Shown: one piece after another, positions 48,523-64,000 of the stretch | Position numbering within the stretch: the stretch's first letter is position 1 | How the letters are laid out: each line of letters starts with the position of its first letter | Assembly (NCBI GenBank): GCA_964016885.1 | Contig: OZ024756.1 | Span: 15,872,001-15,936,000, forward strand | Length of the DNA stretch: 64,000 nucleotides | Source of the DNA: Eledone cirrhosa | Lineage: Eukaryota | Reading direction: 5' to 3' | The notes under the pieces: generated by a model | Told to the model about the DNA's origin: nothing | What the model saw: only the letters and a program-made list of their open reading frames with translations | The model's database searches: none | Translations under genes and position numbers: made by a program

Positions 48523-48562
48523 ACTAGCAGAAAAACCACCCTTCGGGTGGTTTTCTCCTAGC
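48523..48562 (-). mobile_element. Probable Helitron-type 3' terminus (hairpin + CTAG)
   Basis: aaaaccaccc-ttc-gggtggtttt hairpin a few nt from CTAG|T on the minus strand. Confidence 0.45.
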
Positions 48563-49089
48563 ATGTGTAGTGTGTAAATTAATATTATACGCAAGTATAT
48601 ATAGATGTAGATATGATACATCAAATAAAATCGTAATTGACAATATACACAGAAATTGAACGAAGACTGTGTTACACTGTCTTATGTAATCAGTAAAGTA
48701 ATCCATGATACATTAAAAAAGACAATATTATATATAAACTGCATTAGGAGAAAATTAGTGACAGAAAATTAATATGTTTATTTAAGCGATTGCCAACTGG
48801 AAGTGTTGACATTTCAGAAATTTTAAAGAAGTGAATCTTTAAATAAACAAAACATATTTAATCAACAGCCACAAAATTTAGTAGATAAATTATTTAATAT
48901 TCATTCATTATTTATTCAAAGTAATCCAACTTATTTCACTAGTGGGATAAACAATTATAAACTGTATGCAGTCCCGCGCTCCTTACTTTATTATAGTTTA
49001 GATTCATAAGAGAAAAAATTATACAACCAACCATTTAAAATCTTTTTTAACAGATCTGTTTTATTACTGGCATTTATGGGCTCATATTG

Positions 49090-49125
49090 TGAGTGTGTGT
49101 ATGTATATATGTATATACATATATG

Positions 49126-49158
<33 letters not shown>

Positions 49159-49927
49159 ATACATATATGTATATATATGTATGTATGTATGTATGTATAT
49201 ACATATATGTATATATATATATGTATGTATGTATATACATATATGTATATACATATATATATATATATATGTATATACATATATGTATATATATGTATGT
49301 ATGTATATACATATATGTATATATATGTATGTATGTATATACATATATGTATATATATGTATGTATGTATATACATATATGTATATATATGTATGTATGT
49401 ATATACATGTATGTATATACATATATGTATATATATGTATGTATGTATATACATGTATGTATATACATATATGTATATATATGTATGTATGTATATACAT
49501 GTATGTATATACATATATGTATATATATGTATGTATGTATATACATGTATGTATATACATATATGTATATATATGTATGTATATACATGTATGTATATAC
49601 ATATATGTATATATATGTATGTATGTATATACATGTATGTATATACATATATGTATATACATGTATGTATATACATATATGTATATATATGTATGTATGT
49701 ATATACATGTATGTATATACATATATGTATATATATGTATGTATGTATATACATGTATGTATATACATATATGTATATACATATATGTATATATATATGT
49801 ATATATATATGTATGTATATACATATATATATATATGTATGTATATATATATATGTATGTATGTATATACATATGTATGTATGTATGTATGTATGTATAT
49901 ACATACACATATATATATATGTATATA
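49090..49927. repeat. (TATG/TACA)n array
   Basis: Direct inspection. Confidence 0.95.
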
Positions 49928-50084
49928 AAACACGTGTGTGGTGATTTTAAAGACCTGTTAATCTTAATATATCCATTACATATCTGTGTCTCAATATTCA
50001 CAAACTTTTCAAAGAAGAATTTCATGAATACATGCCTAATATATATGGGAGGTGGGTGGGTTATACAATAAAGGCGTATTTTTG

Positions 50085-50490
50085 GGTGGATTATCCAATC
50101 GGAGGTATTTTGGGTGGGTTAACCAATAAAGGGGTATTTTCTTCATACCCTACTTACCCAGCTGTAAAATATATTGCACTGTTTAACATGGGTAGGTGGG
50201 TATTCCAATAGACGGGTGGTTTCTCTATACTTTATCACAACCCAAGTGTAAAATGTATCGCACTGTTTAACATGGCTGGTTATTTGAATTGCGGGGTGAT
50301 TTCTTTGCCTCTTATTTACCCAGGTATAAAATATATCGCACTGTTTAACATGGGTGGGTTATCCATTAGAGGGGTGGTTTCTCTGTACTCTAACTTCCCA
50401 CATATAAAATATATAGCACTGTTTAAGATTGGTGTGTTGGTTTATCCAATAAAGGGTGGTTTCTCCCTACCCAATCTTCCTTACTGTAAA
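50085..50490. repeat. Degenerate 76-89-bp tandem repeat (aaaatatatcgcactgtttaacatgg core), 4-5 copies
   Basis: Core recurs at about 50166, 50250, 50327 and 50406. Confidence 0.7.
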
Positions 50491-51528
50491 ATCCATCACT
50501 GATTACCAAATCTGTTCAGCGTTACATTTGCAATAAAAACCATGGTTATTAGAAGTCATATTCTAAGATTCCGAGGCTGATTCAAGCCAAATCACTGTCA
50601 AACCCTCTTTACAGAATGTAAATTCGTGAAACCCTTTCAAACACTGTATTTATTTTACCAAATGAAAATCATAAATGAACTTTACAATATCTAACTTGTT
50701 TGTGTTTGTTTTTACTTGAGATTCAACAGCGTGTGTGAGACAGTAACTTCTCATTTTATTGTAGCTCCTAAAGTAACAACTTCCACTGCTCATTAGATCA
50801 CCTAGGTAACATAACTTATCAACTGGTTGTATGCAGCTTTTCTGGGGCTCTTAGTACTAATTACTCCTGCTACATTATATATATACTTGTGTAAAAGTCA
50901 AAATTTTAGACAATTTTTAAGGTTAAATTTACAGAGTTGGCCATTACATGGATACTACTTTTGATAGGCTTGACATCCAAAATACTGCATCAGTAGCAGA
51001 AGCCCAACTGATCTTGGATCAAATAAAAACAAAAGCACCATGAATTACAATAATATTACTGATTGTAAGCACTGAAACACATCCTTGTAAATAACAAAAT
51101 CATAAACAAAATAAAATAAAATATTTACTTATATTTTAACAGATTAGCTTAGTGCAATCAACTTATATTTCATAAATACAAATACAGTATATTTCCTTGA
51201 GTAATATATCTACCGGTATACCATTACCTACCATAATACTGTGTTCATGGCTAATACCTGCATTTTGCATCACGACTCTCCAGTCACATTATTTTAGTAT
51301 CCGTGGGGATAAAGTCACAGGAAGGCTACAGCAAAGTAAGCATGCATTTGAGTAAATTTTAATTTCAGATATGAATTTACCTTTTGTGTTATTTCAACAT
51401 GGAGGATGATACCTTGATTTACAGATGTTGACCTCTTATAAGTGAAATAAAATGGTCGACTTTTATACGAAATCTAAGTTGTGAACTTTTACATAAGATC
51501 GACTATATATGGGATATAGATATATGTA

Positions 51529-51855
51529 TGGAGGCACATGGCTTAGTGGTTAGAGCATTGGCCTTGCAATCGAAAGGTTGTGAGTTCAATTCTCAGACCG
51601 GGTGATGTGTTGAGCAAGACACTTTATTTCACATTGCTCCAGTTTACTCAGCTGTAGAAATGAGATGATAGGGATTGAGGTCCATATCATTCCACTGTAA
51701 AGTGGCCGTGGAGGCGCCACGGCAAAAAAGCACCCAGCACTCACTATAAATGAGGTTGGTGTTAGGAAGGGCGTCCAGCTGTAGAAATCAAGCCAGAATC
51801 AGTTCCCGTCCCACCCTTGCAAGCAGGGAAAAGCGAACGTAAAATGATGATGATG
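51529..51855 (+). mobile_element. SINE family A, near full-length copy
   Basis: ggaggcacatggcttagtggttagagc...gcaagcagggaaaagcgaacgtaaaatgatga. Confidence 0.85.
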
Positions 51856-52189
51856 TAGATGTATATGTGTACACACACACACACACACGCACACATATAT
51901 ATATATAAATATATGTGAATGTTGGTGCTGGCATTTTGTGTATGATTTGTTTTTTAGAAAAGTGGATGATCGAGTGCATCTACCTGAAATGGAAAAAAAA
52001 ACGTTTTGTAAAAAGAGCTATACTTATACACATGGGTGTGTGTTATACGTCCGTACAAAACTAAGAAGAAATGTGTGTGCAGGTAAGTATGAAGTTATGA
52101 GCAAAAGTGGCTCCAGGGGTGAGTATTTCACTCCCAACCGGATTGGCCCCGTTGTTGGTACCTTCCGATGTGTTACTGTCAGTAGTAGT

Positions 52190-52840
52190 GTTATTCATTA
52201 GATTGGGTATAAACTTAATTTTCTCCTTGTAACCTGCATTATTTAGGGCATTAGTATAATAGCTATCGAGGTTAACTTTGCCTTTCATCCTTATGGGGAC
52301 AATAAAAAAAAAAAAGTAGCAGTAATGTACTGGGTAATTGCTGGCCTTGTGCCAAATGTAGAAACAATTATTACTAAGGATTGGAAGAGGGTCGGACACC
52401 ATGCTTTGCAGCAAAGAGTTACGGCCCTTTATGGTCTGAGTTCAAATCCCGCCGAGGTTAACTTTGCCTTCCATCTTTACGAGGTCGATAAAATAAAGTA
52501 CCAGTAATGCACTGGGTAGTTGCTGGCCTTGTACCAAAAGTATAAACAATTATTATAATAGCTAGCTACGCTATTAAAGGTTTCCAGAGAAGAAATCCTA
52601 CGGGACACCTATTTACTATGGCCCTCTTGACTGATCCAGGATGGTTGGAGTTGTCATTTATATACTTGAGGCACTCGTTCGGCTTGTGGGACACATAACG
52701 TCCAGGGGGTCGACTATCTACTATCGTCTATGACTTTGCTGAAGCCCAAGATTTTCAAGAATCTAATTAATCTTTTCCTAATCCTAGTTACCATATTGTT
52801 GATATGCTTGAGTAGAGTAAACAGAGCATTGTCACGGTAT
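52190..52840 (-). mobile_element. Penelope-like RT/thumb remnant, interrupted by SINEs
   Basis: Manual translation: YRDNAL (decayed YRDD)...RIRKRLIRFLKILGF...HKPNECLKYINDNSNHPGSVKRAIVN/VSRRISSL, then YYTNALNNAGYKEKIKF after the SINE insert at 52268-52555. Confidence 0.75.
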
Positions 52841-52843
52841 GTG

Positions 52844-52880
<37 letters not shown>

Positions 52881-52886
<6 letters not shown>

Positions 52887-52961
52887 AGATCAAAAGATGG
52901 TTAAAGGAGTTCCATGTATTTTATTATGCGCATTGTACTACAATAAAACTCACCTCCTACA

Positions 52962-52962
<1 letters not shown>
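52881..52962. mobile_element. Collapsed fold-back copy of the 8706-9289 pseudo-LTR family
   Basis: Minus-orientation arm up to the stem III palindrome atgcgcat, joined directly to the plus-orientation tail gtactacaataaaactcacctcctac. Confidence 0.7.
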
Positions 52963-60126
<7,164 letters not shown>

Positions 60127-62561
60127 TGATGACCTACAGATCAGGGGAACATACCAGCCAGGTAGATTATATCCTTACCAGAAGACGTGACAAAGTGACT
60201 GTTGTAAACACTAAATCCCTCCCCCATGAAGAATGCACCTCCCAACATAGACTGATAATTAGCGACCTAATAGTCAGGACGAGACGTACTAGACAACAGA
60301 AGAGGACTACCCTCAGGAGAAAAATATGGAAGCTAAAGGACCCCACAGCCAAAAATAAATTCCAAAGCATATTACTTGATGATTTCGACAGTAAGGAAGA
60401 GCAATTAGAGTCGTACAAGGTAGAGGAACAGTGGGAATTCCTGAAAGCAAACCTGCTGACGGCGACAGACGAAGTCTGTGGCTGGAGCAGGCCTGTAGGC
60501 AGGAGGAGAGTAACATGGTGGTGGAACAGTAAGGTGGAGGGGTCAATTAAGGCCAAAAAGCAGGCTTGGAAAGTATGGCGGGATGGGGGAAGCAGAGAAG
60601 ACTATCAAGTGGCCAGGAGGGAAGCTAGGAGACGAGTGTACTTCGCAAGAAGGGAAGCAGAGGAAAGAAAGTTCAAGTATGTTCTACAACGTGAGGACCA
60701 AAAACGTGAGGTGTTCAGGATTGCTAGGCAATGTGTCAAGGAAAACAGTGATATTGTCGAGGAGAAGTGTGTACTTAACGATGACGGCGTACTTGCCATC
60801 ACCGACGCCGATAAGAAGGTAGCTTGGAAGTGTCACAATGAAAGGCTACTAAATGAGGAGAATAAATGGGAGAAAGACAGTCTCCCCCACATCGACCCAA
60901 TAGAGGGACCAGCAGTGTTAGTCGAGGGTAGTATAATAAGTAAGGCAATCAAAGATATGAAGACAGGCAAGGCGGCTGGGCCTTCGGAAATAGTTGCCGA
61001 GATGCTGAAGGCATCTGGTACGGTGGGACACACCATGGTCACCCGGATAGTCAACCAAGTCATACAGAATGGGGTTGTTCCGAAGGACTGGCGTAGCAGC
61101 ATCATCGTTAACTGTTATAAGGGTAAAGGAGATGCCCTAGATAGGAGTAACTATAGAGGCATTAAATTAATCGACCAGGTCATGAAGGTTACGGAGAAAG
61201 TAATAGCGCAACTAATCAGAGAGCGAATTGATCTAGATGAAATGCAGTTCGGGTTTGTGTCAGGAAAAAGTACCACAGACGCTCTTTTCATTGTACGACA
61301 ACTACAGGAGAAGTACCTAGCTAAAAGTAAACCCCTATACTTAGCTTTCGTCGACTTGGAGAAGGCCTTCGACAGAGTCCCCCGTTCCATTATCTGGTGG
61401 GCTCTTAGAAAACTTGGTGTTGATGAATGGCTTGTGAGAGCTATACAAGCCATGTATAAAGAATCAGTCAGCAAGGTTAGAATTAACAACGAATATAGTG
61501 AAGAGTTTAGTGTAAAAGTTGGTGTTCATCAGGGATCTGTTCTTAGCCCCCTACTATTTATTATTGCCCTTCAGGCTATAACAGAGGAGTTCAAGACCGG
61601 CTGCCCATGGGAACTCCTATACGCAGACGACCTGACACTCATAGCTGAATCAATGGCCGAGCTAGAGAAGAAATTCCAAACATGGAAGCACGGCCTAGAA
61701 TCAAAAGGCCTTAAAATTAACCTGGCTAAGACTAAAGTTCTAGTCTGTAGGAAAGAAAATAAGGCGGCGGTCCCCTCCGGGAAGTGGCCATGCTCGGTGT
61801 GTAGGAAAGGCGTAGGTAGAAACTCCATTTTGTGTCCCAAATGCAAAGTTTGGGTGCATAAAAGATGTAGTGGTATCACCGGTAAGCTAACTAAGAACAT
61901 AGATTTTACATGTGGCCGGTGTTCCGGCGCAATAAGTAGCAGCAAGTGCCCACAAAATACTAGCTCTTTCAGCTGCGCAGAGTGTTCTATAGAAATAGTG
62001 GACAGCTTCCGTTACCTGGGTGACGAAATCAGCAGTGGGGGAGGGTGCTCTGAAAGTACAGTAGCTAGAGTCAGAACCGGGTGGAAAAAGTTCAGAGAGC
62101 TTATACCACTATTAGCCGCTAAAGGGTTCTCCCTAAAAATGAAAGGCAGGTTGTATGATGCCTGCATACGAACAGCAATGTTGCATGGCAGTGAGACCTG
62201 GGCATTGTGTGCAGAAGATATACGCAGACTAGAGAGAAACGAAGCTTGCATGCTCCGCTGGATGTGTAATAGTAATATACGTGAACGACAAAGCATAAAC
62301 GAACTAAGGAAAAAATTAGAAATAAGAGGGATCAGATGTTGTCTACTCGAGAGAAGGCTACGTTGGTATGGTCACGTAATGCGCATGAAGGACGATAGCT
62401 GTATAACAAAGTGCAGGGCAATAAAGATAGACGGTAGCCACGGGATAGGCAGACCCAGAAAAACCTGGGATGAGCTGATAAACTCCGACCTCACCAAGAC
62501 AATGTCACTGGACCGAGACCTTTGGCGGTACTCAGTAATAGAGAAGACCCGCCTTACCTAA
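60127..62561 (+). mobile_element. RTE-clade LINE, 5'-truncated but uninterrupted ~810-aa ORF (end of APE, RT, PHD-like finger)
   Basis: QVDYIL...SQHRL (APE end); YRGIKL, QFGF, DLEKAFD, GVHQGSVLSP, YADDL; CSVC...CPKCKVWVHKRC...CGRC; RLRWYGHV and GRPRKTW. The YI-rich N-terminus in the ORF track is microsatellite. Confidence 0.95.
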
Positions 62562-62679
62562 ATACATAGTAAAACCTACTACAGCCAGTAGGCATCTCTA
62601 ACAAAATACACCCCCCCCCCCCTCCCCCCCTCCATTGTAAAGTTATGTTGGTGCCACAACATCCAGGCCGAAACAAATG

Positions 62680-62930
62680 AGATCGTGTAGGTGTCATGAC
62701 AAAAAAACACACAGTCCACGCTGTAATGTGGCCGTGTAGGCAACACGGTAAAAACCTCCCAGTCCCACACTGTAAATGTGGTTGGTGTTAGGAAGGGCAT
62801 CCAACTGTAGAAAACCTGCCAGACAGTCCTATACGAGCAAGATAATCACTCTTGCTTCAAGTGGGAATACCCCCGTCCAAACCCATGCAAGCGTGGAACA
62901 CGGACGCTAAACGTTGATGATGATGATGAT
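62680..62930 (+). mobile_element. SINE/RTE-tail family C copy just 3' of the RTE ORF
   Basis: Matches 21367-21617. Confidence 0.75.
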
Positions 62931-63053
62931 ATATGTATGTATGCATATATATGTATGTATGTATGTATGCATATGTATGTATGTATGTATATATATGTAT
63001 GTATGTATATATATGTATGTATATGTATGTATATATATATATGTATGTATATG

Positions 63054-63084
<31 letters not shown>

Positions 63085-64000
63085 GTATATATATATATGT
63101 ATATATATGTATGGTTTCATCTGGTCTCTTGAATACAACAAAGATCGACCTCCTTACGTTCAAGCATTTCTACAACCTCGTTAGCGCGACCCTTTAAGGT
63201 GCCTACATTTATGGTACCAACTCTGAAGTTTTGGATTGCGTTTGGGGGTTGGGGGCGGTGGGCGATGGGGTTATGTTAGCCGTCCGCGGTCGAAACAATG
63301 AGGAGTGCTCGCATTCTCGTCCACGAGGTGAATTTGTCTTTATGTTTGGCATTGTCGCTGAGCGTCCAGATTTTTCTCTCTCTCCTCCACTCTCCAGGAT
63401 TCCGCAGTCCATCCATCCATCATATATCGAAAGGCAACCAGGCAAGCGATAGTATAGGCCTCTGGCTTATGATTGGTCCGCGTAATAATAATACTGGTGA
63501 TGCGTGGGGACTCTGGCTTATGATTGGTCCACGTAATAACAATGGTGGTGCGTGGGGGCAGGAGGGAGGGGTGTTGGGTAGCTAGCTAGAAGGTAATGAT
63601 TGAATGAGGTCCTTGTATTTAACAAGTGATTAACAAAAATACAAGATTTGTTCTGTTCAATACGACAAAAACTCTCGTATCTAACAATTAATGATAACAA
63701 AAAATGTAGATTGTTTTAGCAATATGTATATATATATATATGTATATGTATATATATATATGTATATATATATATTTATTTATTTATTTAATTACATTTA
63801 ATTACATTTAATTATACATTTAATTATATCTTATATTATATTATTTTAATTTAGTCTATGTTATTTGATTTTAGTTTACCTTATTTTATCTTATTTTACG
63901 ATTATATTATATTATGTTCTATGTATATAATTTTTAATTTTAATTTTATATTATTTTATCTCATTCCTTACCCTATATTTTATATTTTATATGTAAGTTT

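Noticed and set aside
48532-48554. Hairpin plus T-run resembling a rho-independent terminator
   Set aside because: Eukaryotic DNA; better explained as a Helitron-type end.

Overview
AT-rich, microsatellite-laden animal genomic DNA. The SINE, RTE and (TA)n landscape suggests an octopus or other coleoid mollusc (inference). The window holds the 3' part of a + strand PTP1B/TC-PTP-type tyrosine phosphatase gene (PTPN1/PTPN2/Ptp61F family). Its exons are 10281-10387, 11736-11834, 12650-12796, 15168-15377, 16004-16186 and 28030-28490, plus a tandemly duplicated terminal NLS+transmembrane exon (31849-32041 and 32570-32777). The first exons lie upstream of the window. The rest is RTE LINEs (one with a long intact ORF), two Penelope-like element (PLE) coding remnants, several SINE and MITE families, minisatellites and two giant (TA)n-derived arrays. 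Main highlights: (1) about ten type I hammerhead ribozyme motifs of several distinct families, mostly beside (TA)n tracts, three of them as mirror-image pairs forming long fold-back hairpins in the introns; (2) the duplicated alternative last exon, with a TC45-like internal donor and an intron read-through stop; (3) a candidate 27-nt in-frame microexon; (4) arrays made of copies of the gene's own exon-donor junctions. All calls are by eye; nothing was computed or searched.
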